A stretch of DNA of 64,000 bases from Paraspadella gotoi (Eukaryota > Animalia > Chaetognatha). The notes under the pieces were generated by a model. That model had not been told where the DNA came from, made no database searches, and saw nothing but the letters and a program-made list of their open reading frames with translations. The stretch is taken from contig CM119265.1 of NCBI GenBank assembly GCA_051294375.1, positions 24,163,341-24,227,340 on the forward strand, read 5' to 3'. Position 1 is the first letter of the stretch. Each line of letters begins with the position of its first letter. This document shows, in pieces, positions 1 to 19,723 of this stretch. The translations under genes and the position numbers were made by a program.

Positions 1-1427
1 TTATTCAATATTATATTTTTTTTACATATTAAAATTTTTTTTAAAAAATTGATAATTTTGTCTTTTGTTAATTTTATTACTGGCAATAATTTATAACAAT
101 TTAAAGAAATTGTAAAATAAAAACTTGCAATCCAATGTAATGAAACCCCTCGCTCTGAATGACTCAAATTAACACATATGACGTCAAAAAGAGAACCGAA
201 AATAAAACAATCCGAGTAATATGAACAAGATAAATGACGTAACTTGAAGTCACGCGATAGTTAAAAAGTAGAATAAAGAAACTAGAAGAGAGAAATAAGG
301 AAATAAAGAAAGAAAGAAGGAAAGAAAAAAGAAATAAAGGAATATTTCTACTTAATTTCATATCAACTTATAATAAAGACTAAATATCTATTATAACATA
401 ACTTTTGTTTTCTCTTTTCACCTCTTTTTCTAAACAACTCTTCCCTTTCTTTGCCTCCTATTTTCCGAGCCTTTTACATTACTCTTTCCCTCTTTTATTC
501 CGTCCTTTTCTCCCTCTCTATTCTCCTACTTCCGTCTTCTTCTCTTTCTCTCTCTACTCTCCACTCTCTACTCTCCACCCTGCACCCACCTTCCCCTACC
601 CTTTCTCTCTCGCCCCCCCACTTCCTCCTTCCCTTCTAAAAACGATATAGGGTCACCTAGAGTCGACCACGTGACGTCGACGTCGAACTGAGTCGGCGAA
701 AAACCAGATTCCCTTTTTTTTGTAGGTCGTGGATGGATGGATGAATGGATGGAATAAACGAATGGATGGATGGATGGATGGACGGTTGCATTGATTGCAT
801 GAAAGGATGGATGGATGGATNNNNNNNNNNNNNNNNNNNNNNNNNNNNNNNNNNNNNNNNNNNNNNNNNNNNNNNNNNNNNNNNNNNNNNNNNNNNNNNN
901 NNNNNNNNNNNNNNNNNNNNNNNNNNNNNNNNNNNNNNNNNNNNNNNNNNNNNNNNNNNNNNNNNNNNNNNNNNNNNNNNNNNNNNNNNNNNNNNNNNNN
1001 NNNNNNNNNNNNNNNNNNNNNNNNNNNNNNNNNNNNNNNNNNNNNNNNNNNNNNNNNNNNNNNNNNNNNNNNNNNNNNNNNNNNNNNNNNNNNNNNNNNN
1101 NNNNNNNNNNNNNNNNNNNNNNNNNNNNNNNNNNNNNNNNNNNNNNNNNNNNNNNNNNNNNNNNNNNNNNNNNNNNNNNNNNNNNNNNNNNNNNNNNNNN
1201 NNNNNNNNNNNNNNNNNNNNTCAAATCTGAAATTAGTTCTGTCAAATTCTTTCATATTTTTTTTTGGGGTCCAATTTATTTAGATTCAGACCTTCAAAAA
1301 AATGCATCGAAAAAGAAAGATTTGAAATTTTTCCGAGTTACCGTTTTAATTTCCGCCATCTTGGATTCCAATTCCACACTTTTCTCTGTTGTCGGAAAAA
1401 CAAGTGTCATCATAACTGAAAAACAGA

Positions 1428-2804
1428 GATGGAGGAATCCAAACAAAGAGCGGAATCCCCGAAGAAACGGCGGCAAGTCTGCGTTTGGCTTCTGAGGTAT
1501 AAAAATATCAACAGCGAAAGAGAGAGAGAGAGAGNNNNNNNNNNNNNNNNNNNNNNNNNNNNNNNNNNNNNNNNNNNNNNNNNNNNNNNNNNNNNNNNNN
1601 NNNNNNNNNNNNNNNNNNNNNNNNNNNNNNNNNNNNNNNNNNNNNNNNNNNNNNNNNNNNNNNNNNNNNNNNNNNNNNNNNNNNNNNNNNNNNNNNNNNN
1701 NNNNNNNNNNNNNNNNNNNNNNNNNNNNNNNNNNNNNNNNNNNNNNNNNNNNNNNNNNNNNNNNNNNNNNNNNNNNNNTAAAGGAAAGAAAAAAGAAGAA
1801 AAGGATAAATAGGAAGGACAAGACATATTTAAAAGGAGAGGAGAAAAGTAAATGAGGAAAGGGAGGAAAGAAAAGAAAAGTTAAAAAGAAAATAAAAGAT
1901 TGAGAGAGGAAAGGGAGGAAAGAAAAGAAAAGTAAGCAGAAAATAAAAGGTTGAGGGAGTAAAGGGAAGAAAGAAAAGAAAAGTGAAGCAGAAAAAAAGG
2001 AAAAGTTGAGGGAGGAAAGGGAGGAAAGAAAAGAAAAGTAAAGCAGAAATAAATGAAAGGTTGAGGAAGGAATGGGAGGAAAGAAAAGTAAAGAAGAAAA
2101 AAAGGAAAAGTTGGGGGAGGAAAGAGAGGAAAGAAAAGAAAAGTAAAGCAGAAAATAAAAGGTTGAGGGAGTAAAGGAAAGAAAGAAAAGAAAAGCCAAG
2201 CAGAAAAAAAGGAAAGGTTGAGGAAGGAATGGGAGGAAANNNNNNNNNNNNNNNNNNNNNNNNNNNNNNNNNNNNNNNNNNNNNNNNNNNNNNNNNNNNN
2301 NNNNNNNNNNNNNNNNNNNNNNNNNNNNNNNNNNNNNNNNNNNNNNNNNNNNNNNNNNNNNNNNNNNNNNNNNNNNNNNNNNNNNNNNNNNNNNNNNNNN
2401 NNNNNNNNNNNNNNNNNNNNNNNNNNNNNNNNNNNNNNNNNNNNATCAAGGATGTAATAATATTATGAATATTTGGTTGAAACATGACGAAATGTAGTTT
2501 ATTTACAGGATTTTTTTCCATTTTGTCGATTAGGGAAACCAGTCGCGAGTAGATCTGACGTTGTTTGCTCAAAATTAAATACAATTAACTTTGAGAAATA
2601 GAACGTAACTATTAAACTATTAAACTTACTGTCCCAGGACAGCAACGAAGTAAAATCGGCGTGGTTTATCAGGGAGAAATTAGAGAAGTTCGATAACTAT
2701 CCATTTGCTGCGTTGACAAACTTAAAAAAAGACAGACAGCCCGACAGGAAAACGAATAGATCAAAACGAACAGGCGGACCAAAACGCATGGAAGTGAACG
2801 CTTA
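1428..2804 (+). CDS. Possible exons of an unidentified gene (1428-1496 and 2638-2804)
   Basis: An AG..GT-bounded segment reads DGGIQTKSGIPEETAASLRLASE. It joins in phase 0 to a segment after the cccag acceptor reading DSNEVKSAWFIREKLEKFDNYPFAALTNLKK...EVNA*. No family recognised, and the region is gapped and duplicated. Confidence 0.2.
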
Positions 2805-3924
2805 GTTAAGTCAGTTANNNNNNNNNNNNNNNNNNNNNNNNNAAATTTTTAAAAGAGGCGGGGAACAAGAAATGAAAAAAATTCTAAAATTTAAATCTCG
2901 GCGGGAAAAACAGCGAAACAAGGGCGCGGGAAAAACACGGGCGAAACAGTTTCCTTTCTAGGAGAAAGTCTAACGTCGGTTCTTAGGAAAATCGAGGCAA
3001 ACTTTTTCAATGGAGATCTTTAAAAATTCTGAACTCACCAAAATTCCATGTCAACGCTGCACTGGGAATTAATTCAGGGTATAAAAAAATAGAATGTTAA
3101 AAAACCACTCGATTCCCGATCCTGTTGCATCTCAAAGCGGCTTCGGCATTTTTTTCTCCTTGAAGGAAATAACACATTTTGACATCAAAACCATCAAGGA
3201 TTTCCAAAAATGGGGGAAACTGGTCCGCTCGGCAAAAATATTTTCTAACGCGAATTTTTATATATAAAAATAAAAGGATTTCTCAAAAACTTCAATAACA
3301 ATGTTCAAACCGGGCAATTTAAAAACCATATGTTTGCTTTGATTTTTACATACACTGTCAATTTTCAGAAGATACACAGTAGACACATACGTCTAGAGCG
3401 GCTCTCAAAAATTTTTCTTTACATTTTATTGGTTATTTTGAATATGATACAGATCATTGGGAAAGTGAATTAGTCCATTTTGCGTGAAATCTTTATTTAA
3501 AAGGTTAAAAGGTAAAAGAGGAAGGCTAACGATCGGGAATTCAAGAGTTTTCAACGGGAGTCAGATTCAGGAAAAACCTTCTATGGCGAAAATCTTCCAA
3601 AGAAGTGGTGGGATTTTCGACGATTTTGGTAATATTATTCATATTATGGTAGGATTTTTTTGAAACTTAAATATTAAACAATATTGCCATCATTCTACCT
3701 TGGCCGTATAAGAATATATTTAAAAAACCTCTGGGTTTGTTAGTAGGAGCAGATCCTATTCCTTCGCAAACTCGGAATTAAAAATGAAAGAATCACTCAC
3801 TCGACCTCAGGAATATTTTTTGTGATATGATGATAAGTCAATTTCATTACCTGCAGATATTTTTATGGTCGGAAAATGTGTGTGTGTAGCAGAGAGAGAG
3901 AGAGAGAAGAGAGTAGGAAGAGAC

Positions 3925-3966
<42 letters not shown>

Positions 3967-4237
3967 GAGAGAGAGAGAGAGGAGAAGGAAGCTGGGCGAC
4001 TGAGAGAGAAAAAAAGAAGCTTTGACCCTCCCCCTTATCCCCTTTGCCACAAAGTTCTGATGCCACTTTTGACAAAGTTACTTCCTTTCGGCTGAGAATA
4101 AGAGAGTCTCTCCACTTAAGACTATTTGATTGGTAAATTTTAGATCGTAGGTAATAAATCTCAATAAATTATATGTATCATTCAATGTTCAGAGTTATTT
4201 GTCACAATTTTTTATAGTAAATCATCCCAGCTTTATC

Positions 4238-4430
4238 GTATCGTCGTCATCGTTCGTCGTCATCATCGGGGTCGTCGTCATCATTTCGTTCATCGTCGTC
4301 ATAATCATCGTCGTCGTCATCATCGTAGTTCATCATCGTCGTCATCGTCATCGTCATCTTCGACATCGTCGGTCGTCATCTTCGTCATCGTCGTCGTTCA
4401 TCATCGTCATTGTCTCTTATTGTTATCGTC
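4238..4430. repeat. (TCG/TCA)n trinucleotide microsatellite
   Basis: Imperfect tcgtcgtcatcatcg run. Confidence 0.85.
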
Positions 4431-7400
4431 GTTCCCACGAATCCGATGACGCTGGACGATTCTCTGCTTCGCTTGCTCGTAGCAAAACTTCGATTAGATA
4501 AACATTAAAATAACCATTTTCCTGCGATTAGATTAAGTGAATATTGAATGCAGTTTGCCACGCTTACCCAATATCACCGAGAGGATAAAAAACAAATGGT
4601 AAGCCTAAGAAAATAGACTTTTTGACCTTTCTTATTCAATAGTATATTTTTACATATTTAAAATTTTTTTTTAAAAATTGATAATTTTCTTTTTGTTAAT
4701 TTTATTACTCGGCATATAATTTATAACAATTAAAAGAAATTGTAAATAAAAAAAACTTTGCAATCCAATGTAATGAAAGCCCCTTCGCTCTGAATGACTC
4801 AAATTAACACACCTTATGACTCAAAAAGAGAACCGAAATTAAAAAATCCGAGTAATATGAAAACAGATAAATGAACGTTAACTTGAAGTCACGCGATAGT
4901 TAAAAAGTAGAATAAGAAATCTAGAAGAGAGGAATAAAGGAAATAAAGAAAGAAAGAAGGAAAAGAAAAAAAGAAATAAAGGAATATTTTCTAACTTAAT
5001 CTCATATCAACTTATAATAAAGACTAAATATCTATATAACATAACTTTTAGTTTTTCTCTTTTTCACCTCTTTTTCTAAACAACTCTTCCCTTTCTTTGC
5101 CCTCCTATTTCCGATCCTTTACATTACTCTTTCCCTTCTTTTATTCCGTCCTTTTCTCCCTCTCTATTCTCCTATTTCCGTTCTCTCTTCTCTCTCCTAC
5201 TCTCCACTCTCACTCTCCACCCTGCACCCACCTTGCCCCTACCCTTTCTCTCTACGCCCCCCCACTTCCCTCCTTCCCTTCTAAAAACCGATATTAGGGT
5301 CACCCTTAGAGTCGACACGTGACGTCGACGTCGAACTGAGTCGGCGAAAAAACCCAGATTTTCCCTTTTTTGTAGGGTCGTGCGCATGGATGTATGAATG
5401 TGATGGAATAACGAATGGATGAATGGATGGACGGTTGCATTGATTGCATGAAAGGATGATGGATGATGGATGTTTGATGCAGGATAATGGATGCGATGAA
5501 TGAAATAAATGAAAGGGTGAAGGAATGGACGTTTCATTGATGCTTGATTGATGGATTGATGGTATTGATATTGTATATATGGAAAGAAGGAAGAAGGGAC
5601 GGACTGGGATAGAACAGAGGCTAAATGAATGAATAGATTGGATAAATGGATGGATGGAAACGCAAAGCGCTGAATTAATTTGACATATTGCTGAATAGGG
5701 AAAGACGGATTGATGCGACTGGAGAACCGGACAGTTTAACAACTGCGCCAACAAAAGAAGCACAACTTTTCCGGAAAACTCGTGACACAAGAAAACGACT
5801 TGATCCATAAGAGGAACATTAGCCTTGCGACATTGCTAGAGAACAAGAGTGTTGCTTTAGCAACTTTCTAACATCAGCGCACAATAGAGCGACAAGCAAT
5901 TTAGAAACCAAAAAAATATTTAAATGACCAAACAGTGAATGATTGATTGTGAAAAATTGTAATTTTGGAATTTTGGTAAGCAGGAAAGATGCAGCAAAAA
6001 GTTATGCTTGATCACTGAATTTTATCATCACTGCACTTATCAGCTCTATCACACACACTATCATTAGAATGCTAAGAATCAATGGTTGTCTCATGGTGAA
6101 TAAAAAAATATTTAAATTCGCCGTCAATGTTAGTCAAATCTGAAATTAGTTCTGTCAAGATCTTTCATATTTTTTTTTGGGGTCAATTTATTTAGATCAG
6201 ACCTTCAAAAAAAATGGCATCGAAAAAGATAAGATTTTGAAATTTTTCCGAGTTACCGTTTATTCGCCATCTTGGATTCCCAATTCCCACACTTTCCCTC
6301 TGTTGTCGGAAAACAAGTGTCATCATAACTGAAAAACAGGAAGATGGGAGGAATCAACAAAGAGCGGAATCCCCGAAGAAAACGGCAGGGCAAGTTCTGC
6401 GTTTGGCTTCTGCAGGTATAAAAATCATCAACAGCGGAAAGAGAACGAGATTAGAGAAGAGAGAGAGAGAGAGAGAGAGATGAGAGAGAGGAGAGAGGAA
6501 GAGAGAGAGAGAGAGAGAGAATGAAAATGTGGCTTCGTCGTCGGATTAGACCGCTCAAAGCACGAAGGACTCTGTATGATGGCGCGAAGAGAGAGAGAGA
6601 GAGAGAGAGAGATGAGAGCAGAGAGACGAGAGAGAAGAGAGAGATGAGAGAGAGAGAAGAGAGAGAGAGGAGAGATCCGCGAGAGCTTGGAAATTCGGAC
6701 AGGAGGGGAGCTGAGTAAAAACGGATGAAATGAGAAGGAAAAAGGAGGATTAGGATGTAAAAAGGAAAGAAAAAAGAAGAAAAGGATAAATAGGGAAGGT
6801 ACAAGACATATTTTAAAAGCAGAGGAGAAAAGTAAATGAGAAAGGCGAGGAAAGAAAAGAAAAGTTAAAAGAAAATAAAAAGATGAGAGAGAAAGGAGGA
6901 AAGAAAAGAAAAGTAAGCAGAAAATAAAAGATTGAGAGAGGAAAGGGAAGAAAGAAAAGAAAAGTGAAGCAGAAAAAAAAAGGAAAAGTTGTAGGAAGGA
7001 AAGGGAGGAAAGAAAAGAAAAGTAAAGCAGAAATTAAATGAAAGGTTGAAGGAAGGAATGAGAGGAAGAAAAGTAAAGAAGAAAAAAGGAAAAGTGGGCA
7101 GAAAAGCGGAGGAAAGAAAAGAAAAGTAAAAAGCAGAAAAATAAAAGTTGAGGAAAGTTTAAAAGGAAAGAAAGAAAGAAAAGCAAGCAGAAAAAAAGGA
7201 AAGGTTGAGAAGGAATGGGAGGAAAGGAAAGTAAATAAAAAAAGGAAAAGTGGGGAAGGAAAAAGAGAGGAAAGAAAAGAAAGTAAAAGCAGAAAAATAA
7301 AATGGTTGAGGAGCAACATTTTCGAATTTTTTTTTTCTCCCATTCTATTCCGATTCTTTGAAGACAATTGAAGGCGCGTTGTCTCGTTTTATCAGACCGC

Positions 7401-9305
7401 GAGGGCAATTTCGTTGCCTTCCCGTTCCTTCTATCAAGAGTGTAATAATTTTTATTGAATATTTGGTTGATTGATTTGATTGATTGAGAAACATGACGAA
7501 AATGTAGTTATACAGGATTTTTTTCCATTTTGTCGATTAGGGAAACCAGTGCCGAGTAGATCTGACGTTGTTTGCCTCAAAATTAAAATACAATTAACTT
7601 TGAGAAAATAAGGACGTAACGTATTAAACTATTAAACTTTACTGTCCAGGACAGCAACGAAGTAAATCGGCGTGAGTTTATCGAGGAGAGAGATTAGGAG
7701 TCTGATACTACGCATTTGCTGCGTTGACACTTAAGACAGACAGGCCCGACAGGAACGAATAGAATCAAAACGAACAGGCGGGACCGAAACGCACTAGGAA
7801 GTGAACGCTTAGTTGTGCAGGTTACTCCAACTCAACCTAGTTTATATGACCGAAGGAAACTCTTCCGCCCCCTATTTCGAGTTCATCAAATATGAAGATT
7901 CTTATCAGCGATACCGATTCAAACCTAGTCAGAATATGAAGCATAGCCTGTCGTTGACGCAAAACCGAGAGAGAGAGAGAGAGAGACAGGAAGAGAGAGA
8001 GAGACGAGCATGGCTATACTCAGAAACCTCGTAATCAGCGCAGCGTCCCGGGAGCAGCACGCGGCGGCCGAGCGGCTTCTCCCTACCTTCGACTTACTTC
8101 GCTCGGCTCTTCTTACCCTCTTCCTCTTCCTTCTTCCTTATCTCCCGGATCCGCCGGACTGGCAAAGTCGATCCGGTCTGAAAGGCCGCCAGTGGATAAC
8201 TTACTCTTTTTCTCTCTCTCTTACCCTCGTCAACCGCCGAGTCTCTTCTCTCTGTCTCCGACGGATCGATTATGGGTTCGGTAGTCTTTTTTTGATATAA
8301 TATTATATTATTAATAATAATAAAATAATAATAATTAATATATTAATATACATTATTTGTTAGGGTTATTTCACTATGTAGCAAAGAAAGAAAGAAAAAA
8401 AAAGAAATAAAGAAAAAAAAAACGAAAAAGAAAGAAAGAAAAAAAAAACGAGAGAAAGAAAGAAAGAAAAAATAATTGAAAAAAATATAAAAAATTGAGA
8501 CAACAAAATAAATAAAAAATAAAATAAATAATAAATAATTTTAAGATTTGCAGCTAAAATAATAATTTTACTAAAAAAGATATAAATCTAACAATAATGA
8601 ATTAAATATGCTTGAAAACCAATGAAAATATGATAATGAGAAAAATTGCATCACAAATAAGATTTTATATTATATAATTTTTTCAATTTTTGTTACGCGA
8701 GCGACATATGAAGAGTAAATAGTAGCAAGAATTTTTAAAATCAAGTAGAATCAAAATTATAAGCTCATACAAAGTGGTATATAAACTTTATATTTTTTTA
8801 ATTGCCTAGCCGAAAATTTTGTTGAGAAATTAAAGAGAGATTTTGATTTGAATGGCTTCTATTGCCACCTGGAATGTACAGACACTCCTAAAGAGAGACG
8901 GGAATGACAAAATAATACATTATTATAGAATATTAGAAAAAAAAAGATAGAAATAGAGAGTGCTGACAGCAAGAGAGTAAGAGAAGAGAGAGAGAGAGAT
9001 AGAGAATCCGCGCCCCCGATCCGCTCGGCCTTCGACCGAAAGAAGCACCGACTCACCATTCGAGAGAGAAAAAATCTCCCGATCCGAGCGGAAGAGCCCG
9101 CGAAGGAGAAGTGAGATCGCTCTGCAGCCGCGCCGTCCGCTGCTCCGGTGGACGGCTGCGTCCGGGAGAGCTGAGTAATGACTCAGAGAGAGAGAGAGAG
9201 AGAGAGGAGAGATCTTTAGCGGTATATGAGTTTATGCCAACGTCATCGCTTATGTAGGATCCTGATTCTGAATATCCTTCCTTTTATTGTCCGAGTGGTT
9301 CGTGC

Positions 9306-9350
<45 letters not shown>

Positions 9351-9798
9351 GAGAGAGAGAGAAGAGACAGAGAGAGCAGAGAGGCAGAGAAGCAAGAGAG
9401 AGAGGAGAGAGAAGAAGAGAGAGAGAGAGAGGAGAGAAAAGAAGAGAGTTTTTACTTTAACTGCAATCGCTTCGTGCATTTTGGTTTAAAACTACCTGCC
9501 GTATTTTGAAAGTTTATTTTACTGTGTCAATCATTTGAATTTTCAAATATTATTATTAATTTTCGGAGAGAAAAAACTAAGAAAGCATAAAAATATTACA
9601 TATAACAACAGATCGTACGTAGTTGCGGCGTTGGCAAAGCCGCGCCTCCGACTTTATAAGACGGTGATACGTGTCAGCATTTAATCATTTTCATCACGTG
9701 AGAACAATCTCTTCGTGCCACGTTGTCACGCTTCTGTTTGTCACGTTGCAACGATTCATTCGTGTGAAACCCTGCTTTACCGCGGGTCGAGTTGTAAT

Positions 9799-9848
<50 letters not shown>

Positions 9849-10013
9849 TTTGTTTTGTCGTCGTCGTTGATGTGTTCAGCACTAAGTGCGAGGATTAAGC
9901 TTTTCCTTCTTTTGATACTTTGTTTTCTCGTAATGGAAAACGGGAGATTTGGAGGCAAAACAAAAACAACATAAAACAACGATTAATGTTAAATGGAAGA
10001 TTGAGAGAGAGAA

Positions 10014-10099
<86 letters not shown>

Positions 10100-10532
10100 T
10101 TGTCGTTTAGACTCCATCTTCTTTAATTGTTATTTTTTTCTTTTCCTTCTTTTTCTAAAGAAAAAAAAAGTTTTTGTTTAGCTCGTTTTGCCATCGAGAA
10201 ATTGGGTCAGCCAGTAAGGCAGAACGCGATGTAAACGAATAGTTCTGTAATATAAAATAATGTTTAAAGAATCATCTACAATTAACAAATGTACAAATTT
10301 TTTACATTCATCTCATAAGTAATAACATCGTTTTAAAAATATCGTATTTCTCTTAGTAGTATTTTTTTTCTAATTAAGAATTTGTAATGACGGATTCTAC
10401 TAGAGTTTAAAATTTAAAATATTAAAGAATTCCTTATGATAAAAAGTTATAATTTCAGACGTTATATATATGTATATTTATATATCGCACAATAAGCTGG
10501 TCTTTTCTGATGAACTGTATTCTATTTTTTAA

Positions 10533-16420
<5,888 letters not shown>

Positions 16421-16804
16421 AAAGGCTGTCCGGGGGGGGGGGAGGGGGGCTGACGAAGGAGAGACATGCTAAAGATGATAGGATTTCTTTAGGATGGGAG
16501 TTTGGCGCAAGGCCGAGAAGGGAGCCGTCTTTTTACTGGTGAGGGTCCATCGATAAATTTATTGTCGGATCTTTTGAAGATGCGGTGACATCTTTGTCGA
16601 AAGCCACGAACGATTCGGGAAGGTGTTTTAACAACGACCACCTGGTCCTTACATGCGATTATGACGCTTTTTCTGGCACAACTTTATCAGTCAATTTTTT
16701 TAAATTATATTTTGTAAGTTTTTTTTTTTCAGAGTAAATTTTTTCGAGACATTGGAAAAATAAATTAAGATAAAATTTTTAGAATGGGTTCATACGTAAA
16801 ACTA

Positions 16805-17387
16805 CAGTCCTGTGCAAAAAAAGAGGACACTCTTAAATCCTATATAGCGCGCATTTTATGCATGTATTCACAAAAATTTTAATTGGTCAAAGTAGATTTT
16901 TAAAAGTAGAATCTATATGTGTAAGTTTTAAAAAAATCGGTCCAGTCATTCAAGAGCTATGGCAACCGAAAGACAAGTGGTCAAAACAAAAAAAGGGAAA
17001 AGACATTTTTGAAGATCCGAGAAAAACCGAGGATGCTGTCCAGTCTTGATTTTTGGACATTGTATTTATGTATCATAAAAAAAATTGGCATGGAAAAAGT
17101 TGATTTTTAAAAGAGAAATACATCTCATGTGTAAGTTAAAAGAAAATCGGTTTAGTTACTCCAGAGATATGGTACCCTAAACACAAGATTTTTCTCTGCT
17201 TTGTTTGAGTAGTTATATTTAAAAAATCATTGCTAACTAATAGATTGCTAAATTTAAACCAAATTTGTACCAATGGTTCTTTTTTCCACAAAGTTTATTG
17301 ATCTATAATACTTTTTATAATAAAAGGATCTAACAAGATTTATTTGGGCAATGTTTTAGGGTGTCCTCTATTTTTTGCACAGGTCTG
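16805..17387. mobile_element. Non-autonomous Tc1/mariner-like element (583 bp)
   Basis: TA target duplication at 16803-16804 and 17388-17389. Terminal inverted repeats cagtcctgtgcaaaaaaagaggacac / gtgtcctctattttttgcacaggtctg. An internal ~70-bp diverged direct repeat lies at ~16897 and ~17105. No transposase ORF. Confidence 0.85.
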
Positions 17388-17683
17388 TATGTGAAAATAC
17401 TATTAGAAACAGGTGAAAGAACTCTGATAAGCGAAGACAATCTTTTCGTCCTTAACTCTTTAATGCCCAAAGCGTCACGTAAGATTTATCCTTCAACTTA
17501 GTAACATAACCCGAATCCTTTCATTCATCCCATTCGTCGCAAAATCCTTATTTCTTTTTCCTTTACAATTTACAAAAAAAAAGTGTAGAGAAAAAAAACC
17601 AAGAGAAAAATTTAATAAAATCTTTGGTTAGTCTGACGAAGTCGAGGCACGCGTCTTAGTCAGGGGTCAGAATCGGGCGTGGC

Positions 17684-17749
<66 letters not shown>

Positions 17750-19723
17750 ATTTATTGCTTTTCCCGCCATCACCGTTTTTTTCTTCTTATTTTATTCCAG
17801 TCGTCCGAATCACATTACAACATAAAATTTATTATTATTTCAAACAAACAATTTTGTTTAAAAAATTATTCATTTCGTTGTAGATCAAAAAAACTGATTT
17901 CGCGCGGGGCGTAATCAGTTTTCGCCAATCGGTCTTGTCTCAGCCAATCGGCCGCGAATTCGCGGTTCTAGGCGTTTTTTTTCCTTTTCGATCGCCGGTT
18001 TCGCCCTAGCAGCCAAACAGGTTCTTTTGAATTTAAAACGACAACGACAACAACCACAACGACATCATTGCTGTTCCCCAACTCTCGTTATCAACGTTCC
18101 CCCCCTTTTTTGTCTTTGCTCCACTGTTATTCAACTGTAATACCCCCCCCCTCGCTCTTTCCCTTCGCCGACCCTAAACAGTCAAATCCAACTCTGTAAC
18201 TTTTTTTTGGAAAAGTTTTAATTTGGGTCGCTTAATGTTTACATCTGTATGTAAAAAATAATTTAAAAAAAAAGGGTTTTTTCCTTGATTTATTATTAAA
18301 CCATTTCGGTATTTTTCTTAACTGTGAATTTACTTCCTGCATTAACTATCATTAAACTGTAATGACATAAGACCCGCTCCCTGTTTTTACGGTTTTTTTT
18401 TCATGTTGCCAACCGAAAAGGTTAAATGTTGAATTTAAATATGAAATCGATTGGATTTAGGTTAAAAAAAGGAGATTTAATTGTAATACTCTTTTTCTCT
18501 CCGTGTGTTACTTGATACTTTGTGGTCGCTATGTCCTAATGTTTCTCTCTTTGTAAAATCGTCAATAAAAAATCCCAATTCGTTATCACTTTTACACGTT
18601 GTTGTTCCTGGTTAACATTCGTCGTTCGAATTAATTCGTTGATGTTTTACTTTTCTCGGAAAGAAAATTCGTAACGTTACTTTTCTTTTGGCGTCAAGTT
18701 TTATGTTTCATCAAAGTGAAAATTAAGTTTAGAAGCAAAAAATATATTTTAAAATATTAAAAGGGCTCACTGTAACTCTTCCTTTAAACAGCGTGCATTT
18801 GTAGCGGAAGTTTCATTTTAGTCATTTCGTTGAAAAAAATATTTTAAAAAATTTGAAAACACAGCGATCCCACTGTTTATATCGTCTATACTATGATCAT
18901 TAAGTCATCCCTTCTCAAGTACTTGATTACATTAAGTGTTTTAAATCATTTTGAAACTTTGGGACCAAACTGGTTGGGAGAATTTCATTAAGTAAAATTA
19001 GAAAGTCATTTTAAAGTAAGTAAAAATCGTCTTTCAAATGATTGGAATATTTCTAAATCTTAATTTCTATTTTTTTTTTTGGCATTGTATTTTTTATTCG
19101 TGTTCATTTCGTTAAATTGAATACAAAATCTTAAATTGAATTGTTTACTGAATTTCGGAAGGAAAGTAAGAGAGATGAAAAGGAGGAAAGATAACAAAAG
19201 AATTTTGGGTAAAGAGAAAAGGAAAGAAAGACAGTAAGAAAGAACGAAATAAATAAATAAATAAATAAATGGAAACTAACCACGTAAACAAGTAGACAAA
19301 CTTTAAGTAACAAGCTAGATATCAGCCCAAATACCGGATAAAATCGAGGCGTAAAATACACAGCCGTCAACAACCCGAAATAAAGACGTAAACAAAACGA
19401 AAAAGAAATAATTAAAAGAAAAAGAAAAAAAAAAAAGAGTTAACGAACTAATAATAAAAGGGAAAGACGATGTTTCGGGCGTAACTTGACAACGCCATCT
19501 AGTCTCGCCTCGCGTAGTTAATCGCCACGTCCTGTTGCTGTTGCTGGAAAACCGGATTCTTTAGACGACGACGACGACGAAGATCGAAGGAACAAAAGAG
19601 CGACGCCCATGATCCCCGTTAAAAAGGAATCATTTTCGCCAAAACGTTTCTCTAGATAAGACAACGTTCCATATTTTTTTCACCTAACGGTCGGTAAAAA
19701 AGAAAACAACCAAAATTGTCAAA

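Larger units (their letters stand above)
1..7815. repeat. Direct duplication: gapped copy 1-2817 repeated as an ungapped, noisier copy at ~4633-7815
   Basis: Blocks 1-820, 1221-1534, 1779-2239 and 2445-2817 recur in the same order at ~4633-5460, 6134-6460, 6758-7225 and 7434-7815. They differ mostly by 1-nt indels. Confidence 0.85.

Noticed and set aside
4554-5976. Possible ATG-ending exon (4554-4598) and a following exon (~5699-5976)
   Set aside because: Splice signals are plausible, but no frame stays open in this error-rich copy and no family was recognised.
19490-19506. cgccatctagt as a CTCF insulator site
   Set aside because: Only a partial match to the consensus, and a single short motif cannot be supported without ChIP data.
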